This document shows, in pieces, positions 24,159-37,438 of a DNA stretch of 64,000 nucleotides. The translations under genes were made by a program, and so were the position numbers. Location: positions 2,631 to 66,630 of the forward strand of contig CAVTTE010000001.1 of assembly GCA_963737605.1 (NCBI GenBank). The letters run 5' to 3'. Origin of the DNA: an uncultured Actinomycetes bacterium. Its GTDB lineage: Bacteria; Actinomycetota; Acidimicrobiia; IMCC26256; JACDBD01. The notes under the pieces are model-generated. The model was not told the DNA's origin. It made no database searches and was given only the letters and a program-made list of their open reading frames with translations. Position 1 is the stretch's first letter. Every line of letters starts with the position of its first letter.

Positions 24159-26935
24159 CTATCGCATGCGGCGCACGCCGGGCAGGGGCGACGGCGGCAA
24201 CGGGACGAGCCGAATCTTCACATCGACGACGGTCACCGCGTCCGGCGACACGATCACCGGGTTGCAGTCCATCTCCGCCACCTCAGGCAGCTCGTCAGCG
24301 AGCCGCCCCACCCGCAGCAGCAACTGCTCGAGCGCTCCGACATCGGCGGGCGGGGAGCCGCGGTACCCGAACAGCAACGGCGACGTGCGCAACGAGCGGA
24401 CCATCTCGCGGGCGTCCAGATCGGTGATCGGCAGAATGCGCAATGCCGTGTCGCGCACCAGCTCGGCGGTCGTGCCTCCCATGCCGAAGACGACGAGCGA
24501 GCCGAACAGAGCGTCGCGAGTCACGCCGACGATCGTCTCGATGCCCGTGCCGACCATGGGCTGCACGATTGCACCACCCATCTCGTCACCGAGACGTTCC
24601 TGCATCGCCGTGAACGCGTCCCTGACCTCCTCCTCAGACGCCAGGTTCAGCTGCACGGCGCCGACATCGGTCTTGTGCACGATCGCACCCGATCCCGCCT
24701 TGAGCGCCACGGGATAGCCGAGCTCCTCGGCGGCATCGACGGCATCCGACGCCGTCGCGACCGGCATCGTCCGGACGATCGGCAGGCCGAAGCAGTCGCA
24801 CAGGGACTGAGCAACGTCGGCATCCAGCCACACACCGTCGGGCGAGGCGCCGACCCGCTCGCTGACGATGGCTCGCGCCCGCTCTGCATCCACGTCGGGA
24901 AAGTCGGGAACGGCGCCCTCGGGTCGCCGGCGCCACGCGCCGTACCCGGCCGCGTGACCGAGCGCGGCCGCCGCCGACTCGGGGAAGGCAAACGAGGGAA
25001 TCGACCGCTCGTCGGGTTGAGTCGAGCGCAACGCGTCGGGGATCCCGTGGCGCCCGAGGAAGCACGCCACGATCGGCTTCGGCCCTGCGTCGCCGGCAGC
25101 CGCCCGGATTGCACGCGCGACGTCGTCGGGCTGCGTGACGAGCGGAGGGACGAAGATGACGATCACGGCATCGATCTGGTCGTCCTGGAGCACAGTACGA
25201 AGTGCCCGTTCGTACGTCGTCGCGGTGGCAGACGCGACCAGGTCGATCGGATTACGGACGCCGGCGTCCGGTGATGCGAAGTCACGCAACCTCGCCTGTG
25301 TCTCCGCACTGAGCTCCGGCACCTCGAGGCCGGCGCCGGCGCACGCATCGGCGGCGAGGATCGCGGGACCGCCGCCGTTGCTCACGATGGCGACGCGTCG
25401 GCCCTGCGGTAGCGGTTGGTGCGCGAGAACCTGTGCGGCGTCGAACAGCTCCTCGAGCGTGTCGACCCGGATCACGCCCGCCTGCCGGAAGAGCGCGTCG
25501 ACGGCGACGTCCGAGCTGGCGAGGGCGGCGGTGTGCGAGCCGGCGGCGCGCGTGCCCGCCTGGGTGCGACCACTCTTGACGGCGACGATCGGCTTCGTCC
25601 CGGAGATCCGGCGCGCCAGGCGCGCGAACTTGCGCGGGTTCCCGAACGACTCGAGGTACAGCAGGATCACGTCGGTGTCAGCATCCTCCTCCCAGTACTG
25701 GAGGAGGTCGTTGCCGCTCACGTCGGCCTTGTTGCCAACCGACACGAACGTCGAGATGCCCAGGCCCAGCTCCGCGGCTTGGCCGAGCAGCTCGATCCCG
25801 AGCGCGCACCGATTGTGACGAGAAGGCGATCCGACCGGCGGTCGGGACGAACGGCGCGAAGGTCGCGTTCATGCGCACAGCCGGATTCGTGTTGATCACC
25901 CCCATGCAGTTCGGTCCCACGATCCGCATCCCGTTGCGGCGGGCGACCTCGACGAGATCGCGCTCGGCCTGCGCCTGATCCCCTCCGACCTCGGCAAAGC
26001 CCGCCGAGACGATCACGAGGCTGCGCACCCCCTTCGCCGCGCATTGCCGGACGGCTGCAGGCACCTCGGTTGCCGGGACGGCGACGACCGCGAGGTCGAC
26101 GTCGTCGGGGACGTCGCCGATCGTCGGGTACGCCCGCACGCCCGATCACCGCGCGCGCGTTCGGGTTCACGGGATAGACGGGACCGGTGAACCCACCATC
26201 GAGGAGATTGCGCAGTATCTCGTGGCCGATCGTCCCCGGCCGGCGGCTCGCGCCGATCAGGGCGATCGACGACGGTGTGAGCAGCCCGGCGATCGACTCT
26301 GCCTCGGCGCGGTGCTCCCGCGCCTGTTGCGCTGCGAGCGACGCGTCGGTCGTGCCGATCGAGAAGGACACTTCGATCGTGCCCTGCTCGAAGTGGCTCG
26401 TGACCTCGTATCCCGCGTCGCGGAACACGGCCAGCATCCGCCGGTTCTGGGGCAGGGTCGTCGCGACGAACCGGCGGAGCCCCTGGCCTCGTCCGATCGC
26501 GGCGAGGTGCTCGAGGAGAAGCGTCCCCAGGCCTCGACTCTGGTGGGCGTCGTCGACGACGAATGCGACCTCGGCCGTGTCCCCGGTCGGCTGGCGGTCG
26601 TAGCGGGCCATGGCGACGACCTCGTCGCCCAGCTCGGCCACGATCACGACGTGCTCGTCCTGATCGACCTGGGTCAATCGCTCGGTTCGGAGGGCGAACG
26701 GCGCCGGGACCGGCGAGAAGAAGCGTAGGTACATGCTCTCGGGCGAGAGCCGCTCGTAGAGGCGAAGGACCGGCTCGTCGTCTGCGGGCCGGATCGGGCG
26801 GATTCGTACCGTTCGGCCGTCGGCAGACACCACGTCAGCCGCCCACGCCGACGGGTAACGGTCGGCATTGTCCGCCGCATCGCTGGCCCTCGCATCGGCT
26901 TTCGGTTCGACCATGGCACCCCGAGACTTCCGCAC
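24159..26935 (-). CDS. Pat-type protein acetyltransferase with inverted (actinobacterial) domain order: N-terminal GNAT plus an ADP-forming acyl-CoA synthetase-like region; two frame changes (~26140, ~25808)
   Basis: The GNAT domain has VAFVVDDAHQSRGLGTLLLEHL. The CoA-binding part has IALIGASRRPGTIGHEI and VYPVNPNA, followed by VRAYPTIGDVPDDVDLAVVAVPA and SVGNKADVSGNDLLQYW. The ATP-grasp part has YPVALKAGSGAIVHKTDVG. Pieces lie in minus ORFs 25718..26935, 25678..26139 and 24159..25745. Confidence 0.75.
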
Positions 26936-26976
26936 GCTCGCCGCTCAACCTAGAGGACCGCTTCTCTCCTGCCACC

Positions 26977-26990
26977 GGGCCATCGGTCCC
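26977..26990. promoter_or_regulatory. Candidate operator, GGGCC ATCG GTCCC (best palindrome)
   Basis: It lies in the Pat / DUF1918-gap divergent gap. Its centre lies 31.5 nt from a minus-strand TAGGTT hexamer (26952..26947), which sits ~12 nt before the Pat GTG at 26935. Confidence 0.35.
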
Positions 26991-27073
26991 AGGCCGACGT
27001 GACTCGCGACCCTTCCGTGCAGGTGGCCGCGAAGCGGACGATCGGATCAGAGCGAATCATCGAGGAGGTGACC

Positions 27074-27268
27074 ATGCACGCCGAGGTTGGAGACGAGCTC
27101 GTCGTCGACAGCATGCACACGGGTGAGGAGCCCAGGAAAGGTGAGATCCTCGAGGTTCGGATCGAGGACGGCCGCGAGCACTACATCGTCCGTTGGGACG
27201 ACAACGGACACGAGACGCTCTTCTTCCCGGGTCCGACGTCGCATGTGCTGCACACCGGCCGCCCGACG
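27074..27268 (+). CDS. DUF1918-like small protein, read in frame into gap with no stop codon in this sequence
   Basis: ATG 27074 lies 5 nt after GAGGAGG. The product is MHAEVGDELVVDSMHTGEEPRKGEILEVRIEDGREHYIVRWDDNGHETLFFPGPTSHVLHTGRPT. This is the internal part of ORF 26999..28279. Confidence 0.5.
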
Positions 27269-28279
27269 ATGAGTACCCGGGTTGCCATCAACGGGTTGGG
27301 ACGAACCGGCCGGAGCTTCCTGCGCGCAATCAACGCAAGAGAAAACTCGGTTGAGGTTGTGGCTGTGAACGATCTCGGCACCCCATCGTCGATGACCAAC
27401 CTGTTGCGCCGTGACTCCGTGTTCGGTTCATGGCGCCAGGCAATTGAACCGACCGCCGGCGGGATCTCCATCGGAGGTCACGAGATCACCTTCCTCTCCG
27501 AATCGGATCCGGCTGGCCTGCCTTGGAAGGACCTGGACGTTGACGTCGTGATCGAGTCCACCGGGCGCTTCACGGAGCGGAGCAAGGCGGCGACACACCT
27601 CGAGGCTGGCGCCGGCCACGTGATCGTGTCGGCACCGTGCAAGGGAGCCGACGCGACCTTCATCGTGGGCGTAAACGAGGACACCTTCGACCCGCAGGCC
27701 CATCTGGTCATCTCGAACGGATCGTGTACGACAAACTGCTTCGTACCCATGGTCAAGGTCCTCGACGAGGCGTTCGGCATCGCGAAGGGACTGATGACGA
27801 CTGTCCACGCCTACACCGGCGATCAGAACCTGGTCGACGGGCCTCACAAGGACGACCGGCGGGCTAGGAGCGCGGCGATCAACATCGTTCCCACGTCGAC
27901 GGGTGCCGCTCGCGCGACGAGTCTCGTGCTCGAGGCCATGCAGCACCGTTTGGACGGCGCCGCACTGCGCGTCCCCGTTGCCGACGGCTCCATCGTCGAT
28001 TTCACAGCCGCGCTCGAGCGCTCCGTGACCACTGAGGAGGTCAACGACGCTTTCCAGAGCGCAGCCGGGCGCGAGCCGTTGCGTCGCGTCCTCGAGTACT
28101 CCGACGAGCCGATCGTGTCGACCGATGTGATCGGCTCGTCGGCTTCGTGCATCGTCGACGCGCCCCTCACGATGGTGGTCGACGACCTGGTGAAGGTCTT
28201 CGGGTGGTACGACAACGAATACGGGTACGCCTGCCGGCTCGTCGACCTCGTCGGCGTGGTCGGTGCGGCTCGCACCTGA
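27269..28279 (+). CDS. gap: Type I glyceraldehyde-3-phosphate dehydrogenase
   Basis: Motifs: MSTRVAINGLGRTGR, SNGSCTTNCFVPMVKVL (catalytic Cys), TVHAYTGDQ, IVPTSTGAA, WYDNEYGY. This is the distal part of ORF 26999..28279. Confidence 0.9.
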   Translation: MSTRVAINGLGRTGRSFLRAINARENSVEVVAVNDLGTPSSMTNLLRRDSVFGSWRQAIEPTAGGISIGGHEITFLSESDPAGLPWKDLDVDVVIESTGRFTERSKAATHLEAGAGHVIVSAPCKGADATFIVGVNEDTFDPQAHLVISNGSCTTNCFVPMVKVLDEAFGIAKGLMTTVHAYTGDQNLVDGPHKDDRRARSAAINIVPTSTGAARATSLVLEAMQHRLDGAALRVPVADGSIVDFTAALERSVTTEEVNDAFQSAAGREPLRRVLEYSDEPIVSTDVIGSSASCIVDAPLTMVVDDLVKVFGWYDNEYGYACRLVDLVGVVGAART

Positions 28280-28295
28280 CCGGAGGCAACGGCTC

Positions 28296-28764
28296 ATGGA
28301 CCACGCGATTGACTTCACGGAACGGATTCCCGGCACCTACTGGCACGCGGCGGCGATCCTGAAGGTGGAGCTCGACCAGATCGTCCGTAGTCCGCTCGAG
28401 GAGTTTCGCATCGAGATCGGTGGCGGAGCGATCACCCGGCGCGTCGACGCCAAAGTTGGCCCCCTGATCAGCGGCCACGGGACCCTCCGGGTTCCGCTTC
28501 AATGGCAGGCGGCCGAGCATCCGCACGTTGTTCCCCGTCATGGATGCCGACTTGCACGTCAGCGATCTCGACGGCGGTCACATCGAGCTGCGCCTCGCAG
28601 GCGACTACCACACGCCACTCGGCCCCGTTGGCGCGGTTGCGGACGCCTTGGCCGGACGACGAGTTGCCGAGAAGTCGGTGCACGACTTCCTCGCCGACGT
28701 CGCACAGAGGCTCGAGGCGGCCCTCGTCGAACACGCAGCGAGGGCAGGCGTCGAACCGAGCTGA
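28296..28764 (+). CDS. Hypothetical protein (~155 aa); one +1 frame change (~28525)
   Basis: ATG 28296 lies 10 nt after CGGAGG. MDHAIDFTERIPGTYWHAAAILKVELD...LQWQAAEHPHV (ORF 28263..29117) continues as FPVMDADLHVSDLDGGHIELRLAGDYHTPLGPVGAVADALAGRRVAEKSVHDFLADVAQRLE (ORF 28528..28764). I recognise no family confidently. Confidence 0.4.
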
Positions 28765-28772
28765 TCGACCGT

Positions 28773-29683
28773 TCAACGGCGATACAGCGCAAGTGCGACC
28801 GTGATTCCCGCGCCGACTGCGACCCAGAGCGCGGTCCGGGCCGTGTCGAGCCGTCCGTTTCCGCGCGCGGCTTCGAGGGCGGCGATCGGTCCGGCAGTGT
28901 GTGCACGACGCGAGCCGCTCGTCGGCCCGACGACGCGGTCGGGCGGGATCCCGAGGCGGTTCGCGAGCTCGACGGGAAATTCGACGGAGGGCCCGCTCGT
29001 TGCCACGAGGTCCAGTTCTCGGATCGTGAGCCCGTGGTCCGGCGGCGTACTTCTCGACGGCGACCTGCGCGCACTCGAGGCATTGTGACGCGTACCCGGG
29101 CTGCTCCCGCACGGTGAGCACACTGCGTCCAACTGGGGTCCCCGGCAGTCGCGGCCCCGGACGCTCCTTCCAGCTCACCCGGCTCTCGAAGAGCCCCGCG
29201 TGCTCGGGGAAGGTCTCGAAGTGGAAGTCCGTGAGACCGGGAATCGTGTCGTCCCGGCCGAGGAGGAGTGCGCCGCCGACTGGTCGGAACCGGTAGCCGC
29301 GGGACGGGCCAGGGTCCACGTCGCTGGCCACGGCCATGCCCAGGCGGATGGCGCCGGAGCGCAGGAAGCCGTCCAGGAGATAGGCCGCCGTCAACACGCC
29401 ACAGGCACCGTTGTCGACGTCGAACGAGAACGTCCCGTGCCCGGCTACCGGCGGATGGCCGGGGTTGGCGCCGATGTCCTCCTGGATGAGCGCCGCGAGT
29501 GCGGGTTCGGCCAGGTTCTCGTCGCGATAGACGCCCGCGTTGATCAACAAATCGAGCTCCTCCGCGCCGTGTGCCGGCCTGCTTCAAACAATCTCGGGCG
29601 GCGCGATCGGCGAGGCGCAGGGCCCGACGCCCGAACGGGTTCCGGGAGTGCGAGGTGGCGACGGCCTCAATCGTCGTGCCCAT
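28773..29683 (-). CDS. KAS III (FabH)-like protein with a degenerate catalytic triad; two frame changes (~29575, ~29040)
   Basis: Order of motifs: MGTTIEAVATSHSRNPFGRRALRLADRAARDCLKQAG, then HGAEELDLLINAGVYRDENLAEPALAALIQEDIG, FSFDVDNGACGVLTAAYL (Cys retained), then DHGLTIRELDLVATSGPSVEF (no His at the HQxN position) and RRAHTAGPIAALEAA (no GNT Asn). Pieces lie in minus ORFs 28559..29683, 28468..29550 and 28773..29132. Confidence 0.55.
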
Positions 29684-30791
29684 ACCGGTCCATGAGCTCG
29701 CCGTCCACGGGGAAGATCACCACGCCGACCTCGAGACCGGAGGCGAACGACAGCAGCATCACCTTGTCCCCCTTCTCGAACCGGCCCTCCTGCAGGTACC
29801 GGTACAGCGCGACGAAGTGCGTCGTCGAGGCCGTGTTGCCGAATTGCTCCACGTTCACGACGACGTGCTTCGGCGGCCCTCCGCGTCGCGTTGCAAGCTT
29901 CTTCATGCCCGTCTCGATGGCCCGGGCCGAGGTCTGATGCGGGATCAGATAGTCGATCTCGTTGAAGTCGAGGCCGCCCTGGTGCAGGGCCTCCCTGAGC
30001 AGCGGTGGGCAATCCTCGATGGCGACCTTGTGGATGCCGCGGGCGTCCGTGTACATGGTTCCGCCGGGGCCGGTCCGGCTCGGGAATCCGAGGCAGAGCC
30101 GGCTGTGCTCGGACAGGGTCGTGAACCCCGCGACCTCGATGCCCGCGGCACCCTCGGGGGCGCGCTCGACGATCACCGCCGCGCCGGCGTCGCCGAGTGT
30201 CAGCGATGCCATCTGATCGCTCAGGACGCTGCGCACCTCCCTCGTGGCACTGGCCCCGAGCACGGAGATGTACTCGCCGCTCACCACCATCCCGCACTCG
30301 ATGTCACCGCGGCGGATGAAGTCGTTCAGGATGAACACGCCCGTCATCATCCCGGCGCAGGCGTTGGAGAGATCGAAGTTGATCGCCTGGCGCGCGCCGA
30401 GCGCTTCCTTGAGCGACAGGCTCAACGGCGGCTCGAAGCGGTGGGACAGACCGCCGGTGTACTTCGTGATGCTGGCGTTGATCAGGACATCGACGTCCTC
30501 CGGGCGACGGCTCGACCGCTCGAGGCAGTCACGAGCGGCACCGAGCGCAAGCGTGAATGAGTCCTCGCCGTCCCCGGCGACGCGGCGTTCATGGATGCCG
30601 GTGAGTCCCTCGAGGTCGATGTCCGCCTTGTGCCGCATGCGGCCCATGAGCTCGTCGGTCGTCAGCCGACCCTCGGGCAGCTGGACCCCGATGCTCGCGA
30701 ACCGACTCGTGAACGGAGGCCGGCCCGGCTCGTGCGGCTCAGGGCCGCCTTCGATGACCATCCAGTGGTCGGAATCGCTGCGCTGGGTCAT
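29667..30791 (-). CDS. 3-oxoacyl-ACP synthase III (FabH)-family protein with an intact Cys-His-Asn triad
   Basis: ATG 30791 lies within ORF 29667..31295 (-); 374 aa, intact. Motifs: INFDLSNACAGMMTGV (Cys), YLIPHQTSARAI (His), EQFGNTASTTHFVAL (Asn). The 3' end overlaps the next KAS III-like gene by 17 nt. Confidence 0.75.
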   Translation of the reverse strand: MTQRSDSDHWMVIEGGPEPHEPGRPPFTSRFASIGVQLPEGRLTTDELMGRMRHKADIDLEGLTGIHERRVAGDGEDSFTLALGAARDCLERSSRRPEDVDVLINASITKYTGGLSHRFEPPLSLSLKEALGARQAINFDLSNACAGMMTGVFILNDFIRRGDIECGMVVSGEYISVLGASATREVRSVLSDQMASLTLGDAGAAVIVERAPEGAAGIEVAGFTTLSEHSRLCLGFPSRTGPGGTMYTDARGIHKVAIEDCPPLLREALHQGGLDFNEIDYLIPHQTSARAIETGMKKLATRRGGPPKHVVVNVEQFGNTASTTHFVALYRYLQEGRFEKGDKVMLLSFASGLEVGVVIFPVDGELMDRYGHDD

Positions 30792-30875
30792 CGGGAACGC
30801 CGGCTCCCCACTCGACTCGTCGCAGTATGCGCCCTGCTCTGCGGTGACCAAGAGCCTTCGGTCATCCCCGCCCGG

Positions 30876-30889
30876 GGGACTTCGGCCCT
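30876..30889. promoter_or_regulatory. Candidate operator, GGGAC TTCG GCCCT (or GGGAC-TTC-GGCCC)
   Basis: It lies in the KAS III / FNT-PFOR divergent gap. It equals the 39686 site minus one C. A second related element, GAGCC TTCG GTCAT, lies at 30852..30865. Confidence 0.3.
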
Positions 30890-30923
30890 GGCATTCGAGT
30901 CCGGATCGCAGTGGACTGCGGGG

Positions 30924-31872
30924 GTGAGCGTCGAATCCGGCGACCGAAGTGTCAAGGGCCGCGACTTGCCCCACGCCCGGACGGCTCCGGCCCGGGACGC
31001 GGTCGACGGTGCAGTCCCGTCGTTCGACGCGCTGCTCCCGCCCGACATCGCCCGCCGAGCCGAGACCGTCGGGGTGGCGAAGGCGACGATGCGCTTCGAC
31101 CGCCTCGTCGTGCTGTCGGTACTCGCCGGAGCGTTCATCTCGCTCGGGCGCGATGTTCTCGACGGTCGTCACCGCCGGGGGCGGCATCGCACCCGGGGTC
31201 GCGCGCGTGCTCGGCGGACTGGTCTTCTCGCTCGGGCTGATCCTCGTGGTCGTCGCCGGCGCCGAGCTGTTCACGGGGAACACGCTCGTCGTCATCGCGA
31301 CCGCGAGCCGCCGGGTCAGGCTGGGCGCGCTCCTCGAAGGGCTGGCTGATCGTCTACGTCGGCAACTTCGTCGGCGCCTTGCTCACAACGCTGGTGATCT
31401 ATTGGTCCGGCTTCTACAACGGCGGAGGCGGTGCCGTCGGGGCTCGCGCGCTCGAGATCGCAGCCACGAAGACATCCCTGGGGTTTCGTGAGGCCGTGTT
31501 GCTCGGTGTGCTCGCCAACGCGCTCGTCTGCCTCGCGATCTGGTTGGCGATGTCGGCTCGCTCCGTGACCGACAAGGTGTTCGCGATCGTGTTCCCGATC
31601 ACCGCCTTCGTCGCCGCCGGCTTCGAGCACAGCATCGCCAACATGTACTTCATCCCCGCCGGGCTGTTCATCAAGGCGTGGTCGCCGCAGAGCTTCTGGG
31701 CCGCCGCCGGGATCAACTCGGGCGGCTATCCCACGGTCACCTGGCAGGACTTCTTCGTCGGCAACCTGCTCCCGGTCACGATCGGCAACATCATCGGCGG
31801 AGCGGTTCTCGTAGGCCTCGTGTACTGGTTCGTGTATCTCCGCGGCCAGGATGCGCGCGCGGCGTCGCCCTG

Positions 31873-31873
<1 letters not shown>
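30924..31873 (+). CDS. Formate/nitrite transporter (FNT) family channel; start uncertain, two +1 frame changes (~31150, ~31335)
   Basis: Order of motifs: DALLPPDIARRAETVGVAKATMRFDRLVVLSVLAGAFISLG, then LGGLVFSLGLILVVVAGAELFTGN, then VGNFVGALLTTLVIYW, ANALVCLAIWLA, AAGFEHSIANMYFIP. Pieces lie in ORFs 30591..31349, 30949..31491 and 31379..31873. Confidence 0.7.
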
Positions 31874-35473
<3,600 letters not shown>

Positions 35474-35474
<1 letters not shown>

Positions 35475-36480
35475 TGACCGACCTCACCACGCAGTACCTG
35501 GGCTTCGAGCTGTCGTCGCCGCTCGTCGCCTCGGCCGGCCCGCTCACGTCCCGGCTCGACACGCTCGAGATGCTGCAGGACGCGGGCGCAGCGGCGGTCG
35601 TCCTGCCGTCGCTCTTCGAGGAAGAGGTCATCGCGAGCGGGCTCGAGCTGCACGGCCCTGCACACGCAGGGCACGGAGTCGTTCGCCGAGGCGCTCACCT
35701 ATCTCCCCGAGCTCGGCGGGCCCACCGTCGTCGATCGCGCCCTCGAGCTCGTCGAAGGGGCCAAGGCCGCGCTCGACGTGCCCGTCATCGCGAGCGTCAA
35801 CGGCACGACCCCGGGAGGATGGGTGCGCCACTCGCGCGAGCTGGTCGACGCCGGCGCCGACGCCCTCGAGCTGAACCTGTACTCGGTCGCGGCCGACGTC
35901 ACGGACACCGCGGGCACGGTGGAAGAGCGGCAGCTCGAGCTCGTACGGGCGGTCCGCGAAACCGTGTCCGTGCCGCTCTCCGTCAAGCTCTCGCCGTACT
36001 ACACGGCGCTCGGCCATTTCGCCGTCAGCGTCCTGGACGCCGGCGCCGACGGCCTGGTGCTCTTCAACCGCTTCTACCAACCCGACATCAACCTCGACGT
36101 GCTCGACGTCCAGCCCACGCTCCACCTCAGCAGCTCGCCCGAGCTGCGCCTCCCGCTGCGCTGGATCGCCATCCTCGCCGGACAGGTCGACGGCTTCCTC
36201 GCGGCCTCGACCGGGGTCCACCGGGTGGACGACGTCGTCAAGGTGCTGCTCGCAGGCGCCGACGTGGCGATGTCGACCTCTGCCCTGCTCGTCCACGGCG
36301 CGAGGCATCTCGCGACGCTGCGGACGGGACTCGATGCGCTGGCTCGCCGAGCACGAGTACCACTCGGTCGCCGAGCTCCGGGGCAGCGTCAGCCGTCGAT
36401 CCGTCCCCGACCCCGACCTGTACGAGCGCGCCCAGTACGCGCGGGTCCTGCACCGCTCGACGGACGCGTTCCTCGGATAG
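35474..36480 (+). CDS. Dihydroorotate dehydrogenase-like (class 1 PyrD / DPD-B fold) protein; two +1 frame changes (~35660, ~36338)
   Basis: ATG 35474 overlaps the PFOR stop. Order of motifs: TQYLGFELSSPLVASAGPLT, then TESFAEALTYLPELGG, VIASVNGTTPGGW, ADALELNLYS, LSVKLSPYY, GLVLFNRFYQPDI, then WLAEHEYHSVAELRGSVS. The stop is TAG 36478..36480. Pieces lie in ORFs 35471..37180 and 35778..36878 plus a third frame. Confidence 0.65.
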
Positions 36481-36489
36481 CGCCGACCA

Positions 36490-37425
36490 GTGCTGCGCGC
36501 GTTCGGCGTCGCCGAGAACCCACTGCCACGCGTCGAGGGGACGATCCCGCTGCCGGACGGCCGCTCTCTCGGCTACGCCGAGTTCGGCGACGAGCACGGA
36601 GTGCTGGTGCTGTGGTTCCACGGCTCGCCCGGCGCCCGCCGGCAGGTGCCGCCGATCGCGCGTTCCGCCGCCGATCGGCTCGGCCTCCGCCTCGTCTGCA
36701 TCGAGCGGCCGGGCGTCGGCGCGTCGAGCGACCACGCTGTATCGCGACCTGCGCGACTCGGCCTCCGACGTCGAGGTGGTCGTCGACCACCTCGGCCACG
36801 ACCGATTCCTCGTCGTCGGGCTGTCCGGTGGCGGGCCGTACGCGCTGGCGTGCGCGCACGAGATGGCCGACCGGGTGATGGCCGTCGGGGATCCTCGGCG
36901 GTGTGGTTCCGACCACGGGCGAGGAGGCGGCCGCCGCCACCGGAATCGTCGCGCTCGCACGCACGTACAACCGGCCGCTGACGGTGTTCCGCGTCCCGCT
37001 CGGCCTGGGCCTGCGCGGGTTCGTCCTCGCCGCCACGCCGGCCGGGCACGCTGCTCTACCGCGCCTACACGCAGCTGCTGCCGCACGGCGACAACAAGGT
37101 GCTCGACGATCCCGAGCTCGAGGCGATGTTCATCGACGATCTCACGAACGGCGCCCGCGGCGGGTTCGGCGCGTTCGTGAACGACCTCGTGCTCGCCGGC
37201 CGACCGTGGGGGTTCCGCGTCGCCGACGTGCGCGTGCCGGTCCGCTGGTGGCACGGCGACGCCGACCCCTTCGTGCCGCTCGACCAGGCCCAGCGGACGG
37301 CTGCGCTCCTCCCCGACGTCCGGCTGTACATCCGTCCGCACGAGAGCCACCTCGGCGGGTTCGCGGTCGCCGACGAGGTGCTCGCGACGCTGTCCGAGCT
37401 TTGGCGGCAACGAATCGCGGGCTGA
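36490..37425 (+). CDS. Alpha/beta hydrolase; three +1 frame changes (~36733, ~36888, ~37055)
   Basis: Order of motifs: VLVLWFHGSPGARR, then DRFLVVGLSGGGPYALACA (nucleophile elbow), then VRWWHGDADPFVP and RPHESHLG. Pieces lie in ORFs 36490..36981, 35471..37180, 36903..37472 and 37099..37425. Confidence 0.6.
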
Positions 37426-37438
37426 CAGCAACTCCGCG

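Noticed and set aside
26999-27073. Upstream extension of the DUF1918/gap ORF to ATG 26999.
   Set aside because: A strong GAGGAGG lies 5 nt before ATG 27074, and the DUF1918-like sequence begins exactly there. The extension would cover the candidate promoter/operator region.
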